NCBI GenBank assembly: GCA_036012755.1
Contig: DASCPX010000107.1
Location: 23,828-87,827 of the forward strand
Length of the DNA stretch: 64,000 nucleotides
Direction: 5' to 3'
Origin: Myxococcota bacterium
GTDB lineage: Bacteria; Myxococcota_A; UBA796; CAJQPC01
The position numbers and the translations under genes are program-made. Positions 39,469-48,236 of this stretch are shown here, in pieces (positions within the stretch are counted from its first letter, which is position 1; each line of letters starts with the position of its first letter). The notes beneath the pieces are model-generated. The model was not told the DNA's origin, did no database searches, and saw only the letters and a list, made by a program, of their open reading frames with translations.

Positions 39469-40824
39469 GTGAAGAAGACTGCACTCGCACTCGCCGTTTT
39501 CGGGCTCTCCTCGGTGGCCTGGGCCCAGGACATCGGTTCGATGGAGGATCTGTTCCCGGCCATGCCCTGCCACGATGGCTGGGCCGCCTGCCTGGTCGAC
39601 GGGGCGGAGATCAGCCCCGACGCGGTCCGCGACTCCGCCGGGCGTCCGTTGCCCAGCGACATGCGGGTCGGCTGGTTCGATCTGGACGCCACCGCGGCCT
39701 TCGATCCCTTCCAGGGCCTCTCCGACTACACCGGTGATCTACCCGCCGTGGCCAGCGCAGATGGCGCCGTCGATGCCCTCCTCGAGGACGGTGATCCGGC
39801 GGTGGCAGCCCTCGATCCGGTCGACAGCGCGGTCGAGGTCGCCTCGGGCGATCCCTCAGGGGACGACCCCGAACTGGAGCCGTCCTTCGAGGATCCCGTC
39901 GTCGAGCCCACCACCTTCGACGATCCGCCGGATCCTCATTTCGGCGAAAACCCCGGTGGCAAGGGCAACACGGTGGTGCTCACCGACGATCGGAACACGA
40001 CCACATCCCCAGGCAACGGCCTCGACTTCACGACGCGCAGCCAGGGACTGGAAGTGGTCGAGCCCGGTCCCGGACCGAAGGTCGGCAAGGCCACGAAGAA
40101 GGATGATCCCCTGCTGAAGCCCGTGCCCGAGGACGACGAGGACAAGGACACGGAGATCGAGACCGGCGGGATCGTGATGGTCGACCCCGACGTCGCCAAG
40201 AAGGATGACCCGCCCCCCGCCGCCTGCGACAACCTGGTGCAGCTCGAGCCCGCGGCGCTGATGGGCAAGCTCAGCTCTGGCCAGGTCGCCTGCCTGGAGA
40301 AGAGGGTGCTGGGCACCAAGACGCAGACGACCAAGGACAAGATCAGCCGGGTCCTGCTCTCGAACGCGGAGGGCAGCGGGAACAGGAAGGAGTGGGAGCG
40401 CCTCATGCGCCGCCACCTCGAGGAGATCGATCGCTCCGACCCGAACCTCTGCTTCAAGTACGCGCTGCACCTGTCCCGCGGCGGTGTCGGCCGGGCCTGG
40501 GGCGTCATCAAGTGGTCCGACTACGCGCTGGAGAACAAGACCCAGTGGTCGGGCACCACCTACAAGTCCCGCGTCTACAGCCTCAACCAGCTCAAGGCAG
40601 AGGCCGCCATGAAGCTCTGGCAGGATGCGAACGACAAGCTGATCGAGGCCGGAGGCGACAACCGCGACGCGCTGGCCGCCAACGAAGAGAAGCTGCGCGG
40701 CATGTCCAAGGACTTCGCCCGTGAGTGGCTCGACTACGCCCGCGCCAGCGGTCAGGACACCAAGGAGCCCATGTCTCTCTGCGTCTCCGCCGCCGGCAGC
40801 AAGAAGTACTGCGAGGACGGCTGA
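39469..40824 (+). CDS. Secreted protein: small Cys-pair domain, long acidic Pro-rich linker, Cys-containing helical C-terminal domain
   Basis: MKKTALALAVF..AWA signal; low-complexity D/E/P linker; helical C-domain. Confidence 0.75.
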   Translation: MKKTALALAVFGLSSVAWAQDIGSMEDLFPAMPCHDGWAACLVDGAEISPDAVRDSAGRPLPSDMRVGWFDLDATAAFDPFQGLSDYTGDLPAVASADGAVDALLEDGDPAVAALDPVDSAVEVASGDPSGDDPELEPSFEDPVVEPTTFDDPPDPHFGENPGGKGNTVVLTDDRNTTTSPGNGLDFTTRSQGLEVVEPGPGPKVGKATKKDDPLLKPVPEDDEDKDTEIETGGIVMVDPDVAKKDDPPPAACDNLVQLEPAALMGKLSSGQVACLEKRVLGTKTQTTKDKISRVLLSNAEGSGNRKEWERLMRRHLEEIDRSDPNLCFKYALHLSRGGVGRAWGVIKWSDYALENKTQWSGTTYKSRVYSLNQLKAEAAMKLWQDANDKLIEAGGDNRDALAANEEKLRGMSKDFAREWLDYARASGQDTKEPMSLCVSAAGSKKYCEDG

Positions 40825-42122
40825 TGCTGCTCCTCATCGCCTGCGCCGGCGGTGAGCCGGAGGTCCCGGTCGTCGAGGCCGAGGTCGCGCTGGCGTCGCC
40901 GGCGCTCCTGGATGCCACCTGGATGGTCGAGGTCAGCAAGCCGGGTGCTCTCGACGGGCTGTCCGGACCGGGCTGGCAGGCGATCTTCGAGAAGAACGCC
41001 GCGGCTGCCCTGGGCGCCTTCAGAGAGGAGGGCGTCGAAGCCGGTCGTGTGCACGCCGAGGCGGCGGCCATCTACCGGCAGGCCGCCCTGGTGTCCGCCA
41101 ACGCGACGCTGGGGACCTACTCGGCAGAGCTCAGGCGGGACTTCGACCCGACAGAGGTCGAGTACCTGCTCGGCGTCAGCCGCGTCATCGTCGGCGAGGT
41201 CGACGGGGCACGCGAGCACCTCGGACGGGGGGGAGACAACGTCGAGCTCGCTGCCGCCGATGCCGCCTGGGCTGGCATGCTGGACTCTCTCGAGCTCGCC
41301 GTCTGGGACGACGAGGCGCTCTACCCGCTCGGTGAGGTCAAGGTCGGCGCCCTGCCGGAGCTGGCCAACGCGCCGCACTACACCTTCGACATCGAGGGCA
41401 CCGACGGCAAGCTGGAGCTCGCCGATCCCACCGTGCTGCTGCAGGCCGCGTGGTGGCACGAGTCCGCTGCCGTGGCCGCAGCCGGACAACCGCAGACCGA
41501 CGCGCTCCTGGGTCCATGGCGCCTCGCCGGCGAGGACGCTGGCGTGGCCGCATCGGAGTTGCCGCTCGAGGCGCTGTTCCTCTCGGTCTGGTCGAGCGCT
41601 GGGGACCTCTCGTACCTGGCCTCCATCGAGGCCGGGACTCCGGTTGAAGAAGCCCTGGATGCCCACGCGACGACGTCGCTCTATGCCGCCGTGGTCAGGA
41701 CCTGCCACGAGGCCGACAAGGGCATCGACCCTGACTGCATCGAGACTGCCAGCCGGAAGCTCGGCCTGGAGCTCGAGGGCGCGATGGCCCTCTCTGGGGG
41801 CGGCGTCGTCGCCGACCACCGCGTGTTCGGGAGCTTCGCGCGCGCCGGTGTGCTCCGCGCGGCTGCCCGCACCGAGGACGCTCTCGGAAACGACTACAAC
41901 GCCGCCTTGATCCGGACCCTGGCCCGCGACGCCTCCCTCGGGCCGGCATCGGATCCCGCCTTCCAACTGTCCCTCGCCGCCTACCACGCCGGCACCCGCA
42001 ACGTGCTCAGCGCTGCGGAGCTGCTGCATGGCCAGGTCACGATCGTCCCCGGTCTCAACGCCGCCCGTGTGTCGCTCGATGCGCTCAGCCTGCGCGTCCA
42101 GTTCGACCAAGCGGGAGGCTGA
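40824..42122 (+). CDS. Hypothetical helical (TPR-like) lipoprotein
   Basis: TGATG coupling to the upstream gene; MLLLIAC lipobox. Confidence 0.75.
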   Translation: MLLLIACAGGEPEVPVVEAEVALASPALLDATWMVEVSKPGALDGLSGPGWQAIFEKNAAAALGAFREEGVEAGRVHAEAAAIYRQAALVSANATLGTYSAELRRDFDPTEVEYLLGVSRVIVGEVDGAREHLGRGGDNVELAAADAAWAGMLDSLELAVWDDEALYPLGEVKVGALPELANAPHYTFDIEGTDGKLELADPTVLLQAAWWHESAAVAAAGQPQTDALLGPWRLAGEDAGVAASELPLEALFLSVWSSAGDLSYLASIEAGTPVEEALDAHATTSLYAAVVRTCHEADKGIDPDCIETASRKLGLELEGAMALSGGGVVADHRVFGSFARAGVLRAAARTEDALGNDYNAALIRTLARDASLGPASDPAFQLSLAAYHAGTRNVLSAAELLHGQVTIVPGLNAARVSLDALSLRVQFDQAGG

Positions 42123-42150
42123 GCTATCGTTCCGGTCTGATGGAGCCTCG

Positions 42151-43725
42151 ATGAAGCCGACTCCCCGAATCCTGCTCACCGCGCTGGCCCTCGCCGTCAC
42201 GGCGATGTTCGCCACCGGCGCGAGCTTGACGTTCTACGAGGAGAGCCTGCCCTCCTCGATGAACCCGCTCTTCGCGCAGTCGATGGTCGACAACCGCGTG
42301 CACGAGCTGGTCCTGGACCGCATCTACCACCACGACCCCATCACGAACGAGCTCGTCAGCGATGTCGTCGAGCGCTGGGAGCTGGCGGATGGTGGCAAGG
42401 GCGTGAGGCTCTACCTCAAGAAGGGCATCAAGTGGCACGACGGCCAGTCGATGACCGCGGATGACGTGTGCTTCAGCGTCGACGCGATGCTCGACGAGGG
42501 CACCCCGAGCCCCATCGCCGACAAGCAGCGCGCCGTGTTCTCCGGGTGCGACGCCGAGAAGAACGACGTCGCCCTGGTCAAGTTCACCAAGATCTTCCAC
42601 AACCCGCTCAACCGGCTCGGCTTCCACATCATGCCGAAGCACGTCTTCGGCGAGACCGCCATCCGGCCGGACCACCAGTTTGCCAACCGCCCGGTCGGGA
42701 CTGGCCCGATGAAGGGCTCGATGGGCCGTCGCGGCGTCGTCTTCGAGAAGTACAAGAACGTCCACCACGACGCCAAGATCGACCAGATGACGTTGCAGGA
42801 GGGTGGTGACCCGCTGGTGCAGGTGCGGACGCTGCTGAACAACGGTGTCCAGGGCATCATCGCCGTGCCACCGCCGTACCGCGCAGACGTGAGCGCCTCG
42901 GACGAGCTGACGCTGAAGTCATACGACCTCCGCAGCTGGTGGTTCGTCGCCGTGAACCAGGAGAAGGCCTACCTCAAAGACAAGAAGGTCAGGCAGGCCC
43001 TCAACCTCATCATGGACCGCACCGACCTTCGCCAGCTCTCCATCGGCGTGAGCCCTGGCGAGCAGAACAGTGCTTGCGAGTTCATCTCCGGCCCCTTCGT
43101 CCAGACCTCGCCCTACTACAACCGCTCCGTCCCTACGCAGCCGCGCTCGGACAAGGAGAAGGCCTTCGCGCTGCTGAAGGAGGCGGGTCTCAAGCAGATC
43201 GGTGGTCGCTGGCACTACAACGGCCAGGCCATCACGATGCGCATCGGAATGAAGGCGCCGCTGAACAACGAGGCTCCCGACCTCCTCTCGCAGATCGGGA
43301 ACCAGCTGGGCGCGGCCGGCTTCGACCGCCAGGAGTTCCGCATCACGACGGACGACTGGAACCGCAAGGTGCTCACCGGGCAGGCCACGGACTACGACCT
43401 CGTGGTCGGCAAGTGGTCCTTCGGCCTCGTCGAGGACGTCAACCCGCTCTTCCACACGCGCAAGGACGGTCGGGGCGCGCTGAACATCTTCAACTACGCC
43501 AACCCGCAGGTGGATGCGCTGCTGGCCCAGTACGACGCGGCCCGCACGGACACAGAGGCCAAGGACGCCTACCACAAGCTCCACGAGAAGCTGGCCGAGG
43601 AGCTGCCCTACCTCTTCCTCTGGAAGCTCGACACGAAGAGCGCCTGGCGGACAGAGGTCCGCGGCAACACCATCAGCCCCTACTTCTACTGGACGCACTT
43701 CGACTTCTGGAAGTACGGCTCCTGA
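42151..43725 (+). CDS. ABC transporter substrate-binding protein, family 5 (Opp/Dpp/Nik type)
   Basis: LKKGIKWHDGQSMTADDVCFS, PVGTGP, DKKVRQALN, YANPQVDALL and LAEELPYLFL motifs. Confidence 0.93.
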   Translation: MKPTPRILLTALALAVTAMFATGASLTFYEESLPSSMNPLFAQSMVDNRVHELVLDRIYHHDPITNELVSDVVERWELADGGKGVRLYLKKGIKWHDGQSMTADDVCFSVDAMLDEGTPSPIADKQRAVFSGCDAEKNDVALVKFTKIFHNPLNRLGFHIMPKHVFGETAIRPDHQFANRPVGTGPMKGSMGRRGVVFEKYKNVHHDAKIDQMTLQEGGDPLVQVRTLLNNGVQGIIAVPPPYRADVSASDELTLKSYDLRSWWFVAVNQEKAYLKDKKVRQALNLIMDRTDLRQLSIGVSPGEQNSACEFISGPFVQTSPYYNRSVPTQPRSDKEKAFALLKEAGLKQIGGRWHYNGQAITMRIGMKAPLNNEAPDLLSQIGNQLGAAGFDRQEFRITTDDWNRKVLTGQATDYDLVVGKWSFGLVEDVNPLFHTRKDGRGALNIFNYANPQVDALLAQYDAARTDTEAKDAYHKLHEKLAEELPYLFLWKLDTKSAWRTEVRGNTISPYFYWTHFDFWKYGS

Positions 43726-43744
43726 GCCGCCGTCAGAGCCTCCA

Positions 43745-44668
43745 GTGAAGCGATGGTGGACACGGCCGCTGGTGCGAGTGGTCGCGGCGGTCCTGTTGCC
43801 GGTCGCCGTTCCCGCGGTCATCACCCTGTTCATCTGGGCGCTGCCCGGCGACCCGGCCTCCATCGTCTGCCCTCCGGAGCTCTGCGGCGGCACCGAGAAG
43901 CTCGCCGCGGACTGGCACCTCGACCAGGGTCCCTGGCACTTCTTCAGGTGGTGGATGGGCGGCGCCGTCCACGCCGAGTTCGGCAACTCCTGGCGGCTCC
44001 AGCCAGGGGTCCCGGTCGGAGAGCTGTTGTTCTCTTCCATCCCCTGGACCGCCGCGCTGGTCGTCCTCGCCTTCGTCCCGCTCTTGATCGGAGCGGCCGG
44101 TGCCGCTGCCCGGTGGATCCCCCCGCGCCTCGACGCGGTCCTTGTCGCGGTCGGCCTCACTCCCAGCGTGGTGTTCGCCCTCTGCGCAGCCGCGCTGGTG
44201 ACGATCCGCTACGGCGCCTTCGCCTATGACGACGAGGCGATGCGAGTGAAGCTCGTACTCGGAGCGCTGGTGCTGGGGCTCGCCGACCAGGCGCTATCTG
44301 GAGCGGTCGGCGGTGTGCGTGGCCTGATGGAGCAGGAGCGCAAACAGCGCTACGTGCAGATCGCCATCCTGCGGGGGGAGGGCGTGCTCTCCAACATGCT
44401 CCCGAACACCCTCGGCGCTCTCGCCGGGCAGATGCGCGCGCGCCTGTTGCACCTGCTCAGCGGGGCCGTCATCGTCGAGGTCGTCATCCGCATCGACGGT
44501 CTGGGCGACCTCTTGTGGCAGGGAACGCTGTCCCAGGACTTCGGCGTGGTGCTCGCCGCTGCCTTTGGCTTCGCGCTGTTGTCTGCCGCGCTGCTGCTGC
44601 TGCAGGCGATCGTCGAGGTCCTCACCGCTCTCCACGTGCGGCGGTCGCCGGCGGGGGTGATGCAGTGA
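43745..44668 (+). CDS. ABC transporter permease (DppB/OppB-like)
   Basis: LPGDPA, GAVIVEVV..DGLG and multiple TM helices; shortened EAA loop. Confidence 0.88.
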   Translation: MKRWWTRPLVRVVAAVLLPVAVPAVITLFIWALPGDPASIVCPPELCGGTEKLAADWHLDQGPWHFFRWWMGGAVHAEFGNSWRLQPGVPVGELLFSSIPWTAALVVLAFVPLLIGAAGAAARWIPPRLDAVLVAVGLTPSVVFALCAAALVTIRYGAFAYDDEAMRVKLVLGALVLGLADQALSGAVGGVRGLMEQERKQRYVQIAILRGEGVLSNMLPNTLGALAGQMRARLLHLLSGAVIVEVVIRIDGLGDLLWQGTLSQDFGVVLAAAFGFALLSAALLLLQAIVEVLTALHVRRSPAGVMQ

Positions 44669-45480
44669 ACCGCAAGCTCGCCTGGGGCCTGGCGCTCGCC
44701 TGCTTCGCGGTGCTCGTCGTGCCGGGGCTCCTGGCCCCCGAGCACCTCTCTCCGCCGGACCTGGCCAACGCCTACCTGGGCCCGGCCGCGGCGCCGCCCC
44801 TCGGAGCCGACGCGAGGGGGCGGCCGCTGATCGAGTACGCCATGCAGGGCGCTCGGGTCGTAGCCTTCCCAGCGTTGCTCGCCGGGCTGGTGGTCGTGCT
44901 GCTCGGAACCCTCGGGGGCCTGTTGGCCTGCACGGGCTCCCAGCGGGCCGAGGCCGGCGCCCAGGCCTTCGGGGAGATCGTGGGCGCCCTGCCGCGCATG
45001 GTGGTCGTCCTGGTCGTGGCCCTGCTGGTCCCGAAGGACGCCCGCAGCCTCGTGCCCATCGCCATCACCTGGGCGATCCTCGCCGCGCCCGGTGCCATGG
45101 ACGAGGCCGCCGCGGTGGCCGGACGACTGGGTGGGGCCGGCTTCGTCGAGGCGCTTCGAGCCCACGGCTTCTCGCGGGCCCGCATCTACCTCCTCCACAT
45201 CGTCGCGATGAACCTCCGGCCAGTCGTCGTTCGGCAGGGCGTCGAGACGATGATGCAGGTCGTCTTCCTCGAGATCGGCTTGTCCTACCTCGCCGTCCAG
45301 GACACCCAGCCGAGCTTCACCCACGGCGACTCCGAGAAGAGCTGGGCCGATCTGCTGTACCTGGGCTACCAGGCCTTCCTGGACGTGCCCTCGACCCACG
45401 CGCTGGTCCTCGGCCTGGCGCTCGTCGGCGTCGTGGCCCTGATGTCGGTCTTCGTGACCCAAGCCGTGAGGGCGCGCTGA
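44665..45480 (+). CDS. ABC transporter permease (DppC/OppC-like)
   Basis: PLGADARGR, FVEALRAHGFS and EIGLSYL..SW motifs; GTGA overlap. Confidence 0.88.
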   Translation: MNRKLAWGLALACFAVLVVPGLLAPEHLSPPDLANAYLGPAAAPPLGADARGRPLIEYAMQGARVVAFPALLAGLVVVLLGTLGGLLACTGSQRAEAGAQAFGEIVGALPRMVVVLVVALLVPKDARSLVPIAITWAILAAPGAMDEAAAVAGRLGGAGFVEALRAHGFSRARIYLLHIVAMNLRPVVVRQGVETMMQVVFLEIGLSYLAVQDTQPSFTHGDSEKSWADLLYLGYQAFLDVPSTHALVLGLALVGVVALMSVFVTQAVRAR

Positions 45481-46217
45481 TGCCCAGCCTTCTCGAGCTT
45501 CGAGGCCTCACGATCGCCATCCCCGAGCGCAACCTCGTCACGGGGGTGGACATCGACGTCCGCGCGGGTCGCATCACGGCGCTCATGGGACCGAGCGGGA
45601 GCGGAAAGACCCTGTCGGCGCGTGCGGCCATGGGCTTCATCGACGTCGATCCGGGCCTGAAGGAGGGCACGCTTCGCTATCCGCAGCTCTCTGGCGACAA
45701 GGACTGGTTCGAGGGCGTGCGGGGGGGCGGCCCGAGAGCCCAGGACAAGCTGCTCCGGGAGACCCGACAGCTCCGCGGTGCCTTCGTGGCCTACGCCCCG
45801 CAGGCGGCCTCGTCGGCCTTGAACCCCGCGCGGACGGTCGGCCGCCAGCTGGAGCTGGCGATCGGCCGGCGCGAGCAGCCACCGACTTCCTCGGCGGAGC
45901 TGGCAGCGGCCGTGCGGGAGTGTCTCGACGACGTCGGGCTGCCGTACTCGGCCAGCGCCGCGCTCGCCGGCGAGCTCAGCGGGGGCATGGCCCAGCGGAC
46001 GGCGCTCGCGATCGCTGTGGCCCCCTTGCCCAAGGTGCTCATCGCGGACGAACCCGAGACCGGCCTCGACCCGGTGCTCACGCGCCAGATCATCGAGCTG
46101 ATGATCCGCGTGGCGCAGTCGAAGAAGTGCGGCATGCTGCTCATCTCGCACCACGAGGAGACGGTCGAGCGCGTCGCGGACGATGTCGTGCGCCTGCCGC
46201 CAGGGGGCCAGGCATGA
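45480..46217 (+). CDS. ABC transporter ATP-binding protein (DppD/NikD-like, short)
   Basis: GPSGSGKT, ALNP, LSGGMAQR, LIADEP and ISH motifs. Confidence 0.92.
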   Translation: MPSLLELRGLTIAIPERNLVTGVDIDVRAGRITALMGPSGSGKTLSARAAMGFIDVDPGLKEGTLRYPQLSGDKDWFEGVRGGGPRAQDKLLRETRQLRGAFVAYAPQAASSALNPARTVGRQLELAIGRREQPPTSSAELAAAVRECLDDVGLPYSASAALAGELSGGMAQRTALAIAVAPLPKVLIADEPETGLDPVLTRQIIELMIRVAQSKKCGMLLISHHEETVERVADDVVRLPPGGQA

Positions 46218-46978
46218 TCGTCAGGATCACCGCGCTCCACAAGACCTTCGTCCAACAGGGCGCCTGGCCCTGGTCTCCCAAGCGGGACATCCACGCCGTC
46301 ATCGACTACCGCGACGAGGTCCACGCCGGCGAGGTCGTCGCCCTCGTCGGCCAGTCGGGCTCCGGCAAGACGACCGTGTCCCGCATCGTGCTCGGGCTCG
46401 AGACAGCCACCTCGGGCAAGGTCGAGATCGACGGCCTGGACTGGACGAACATGAGCGAGGGCGAGCGCTTCCCCCATCGCCACAAGTACCAGTACGTGCC
46501 CCAGGACGCGATGTCCGCGCTCGACCCCCAGCAGACGGCGCTGGAGCATGTCGTCGAGACCCTCCGGGTGCTCGGGGGGCGGGACAGGGAGGCTGCGGTG
46601 CGCGACGCCCGGGCGATGCTCGAGCGGCTGGGCCTCGGCCACCGGGGGCACGCCCTGCCCCGCGAGATGTCCGGCGGCGAGCAGCGGCGCGTCACGCTGG
46701 CGCGCGTCCTGGCTCTGTCCCCGAGGCTCATCGTCGCCGACGAACCGACCTCTGGACTGGAGCCGGATCGGCGCGAGGAGGTGCTCCGTGACCTGATCGG
46801 CAACCTGCCGGAGACAGCAGCGTGTATCCTCGTCACCCACGATCTGGCAGCCGCGAAGCGGTGGTGTACGAGGGCGCTTGTGATGCTGGAGGGACGCGTG
46901 ATCGAGCGCTTGAAGCTGCCCGAGGACGAACCCAACCATCCCTATGCCCGACAGCTCTTCGACCCATGGTCGACATGA
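46214..46978 (+). CDS. ABC transporter ATP-binding protein (DppF/NikE-like, short)
   Basis: GQSGSGKTT, MSGGEQRR, IVADEPTSGL, VTHDL and PNHPYARQL motifs. Confidence 0.92.
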   Translation: MIVRITALHKTFVQQGAWPWSPKRDIHAVIDYRDEVHAGEVVALVGQSGSGKTTVSRIVLGLETATSGKVEIDGLDWTNMSEGERFPHRHKYQYVPQDAMSALDPQQTALEHVVETLRVLGGRDREAAVRDARAMLERLGLGHRGHALPREMSGGEQRRVTLARVLALSPRLIVADEPTSGLEPDRREEVLRDLIGNLPETAACILVTHDLAAAKRWCTRALVMLEGRVIERLKLPEDEPNHPYARQLFDPWST

Positions 46979-47003
46979 GCCCGAACAGAAGGAGCAGGTA
47001 CTG

Positions 47004-48233
47004 ATGAAGACCCGCAATCTGCTAGTACTCGCCTCGCTCTTCGCGATGTCGACTCCGGCCCATGCTGGCGACGTCGAAGCGGCGGAACACCGCCAGATCT
47101 CGGAGGAGATGGAGCGCCTCGCCTCCCGCAACGCCTGGTCCGGTGTCGAGCGCAACTTCAAGCAGCTCCTCGAGCTCCAGGAAGCCGGAGAGGTGATCAC
47201 CTACGACGAGTGGAACCTCGGCGCGCAGGCGGCCCGTGCCCTCGGCGACATGGGCAGCTGCCGGGATCGCCTCGCCCAGGCCGTCAAGCTCGAGGGCAAG
47301 GAAGAGGACATCGCCTGGCTCGAACAGATCGACAAGTCCTACGGGCCGGTGACCCTGCGCTCCGTCGACAAGGACTCGGTGCCCACCCTCGCGATCGCGG
47401 CGATGCCCTTCGCCGCCGATGAGCGAGCGTCCTTGGAGTACGCGCAGAAGACCCTCGCCGACAAGCGCCACTTCAACGGGCTCTTGCCTCCCGGTGACTA
47501 CACCTTCGAGGCTGGCGGCGTCACGGCGACCTTCTCCGTCACCGCGGGCTCGCTGGACCAGGTCGACATCAAGCTGACGCCCTCTGGAGAGGGAGGCACC
47601 GGGGCGCTGTCCTATGTCGGCCCACGGGTCGACCTCGGGGGGGCCTTCACGATCGGCTCCGATCCCGTCGTGCCCGAGCACCAGGTCCCGCCGTCGTTTT
47701 CCGGGGCCGGCACCCGAGCCGGAGTGGGGCTCGAGGTCGGCTTCAAGCGCGGCTTCGGCGTGATGGCCGAGGTCGGCTACCACAACCTGGTCTCGGGTAC
47801 GGACCTGCCCGACATCTCGGGGGTGCCGAACCTGGGCGACCGGATGCACCTGGGCTTCGGCGCGCTCGGGCCGACCATGCGCTTCGGCAACGTCTGGCTC
47901 AACGCCACCGGCGTGCTCGGCTTCGGCGTCGCCCGAGCCAGCGGAGTCAACGAGCTGAACAATGTAAATGAGAGCTGTCCCTACGGATCGGAAGAACAGT
48001 CCTGCGCGTGGGTTTCTTCTGTCCCAGAAGAGCACAGGGAGTACTACCCGTGGGCCGGCAGGCTAACGATGAGCGGCTTTTCGGCGCAGGCCGGATATGC
48101 CTTCCTGGACGTGGGTGACAGCCTCCGCGCTGGCATCACCGTTGGCGGTGGCCTGCTCTTCGATCCCCACCGCAACTATCCCTGGGGCCAGGTCGCGCTC
48201 ACGATCGCGCCGGTCTCATCGAGGAGTGAGTAA
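47004..48233 (+). CDS. Secreted protein: TPR-like N-domain, beta-sandwich, C-terminal putative outer-membrane beta-barrel
   Basis: AAGGAG RBS; signal peptide ending AHA; Gly/aromatic amphipathic strands (RAGVGLEVGF, GVMAEVGY, SAQAGYAF, WGQVALTI). Confidence 0.7.
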   Translation: MKTRNLLVLASLFAMSTPAHAGDVEAAEHRQISEEMERLASRNAWSGVERNFKQLLELQEAGEVITYDEWNLGAQAARALGDMGSCRDRLAQAVKLEGKEEDIAWLEQIDKSYGPVTLRSVDKDSVPTLAIAAMPFAADERASLEYAQKTLADKRHFNGLLPPGDYTFEAGGVTATFSVTAGSLDQVDIKLTPSGEGGTGALSYVGPRVDLGGAFTIGSDPVVPEHQVPPSFSGAGTRAGVGLEVGFKRGFGVMAEVGYHNLVSGTDLPDISGVPNLGDRMHLGFGALGPTMRFGNVWLNATGVLGFGVARASGVNELNNVNESCPYGSEEQSCAWVSSVPEEHREYYPWAGRLTMSGFSAQAGYAFLDVGDSLRAGITVGGGLLFDPHRNYPWGQVALTIAPVSSRSE

Positions 48234-48236
48234 GGA

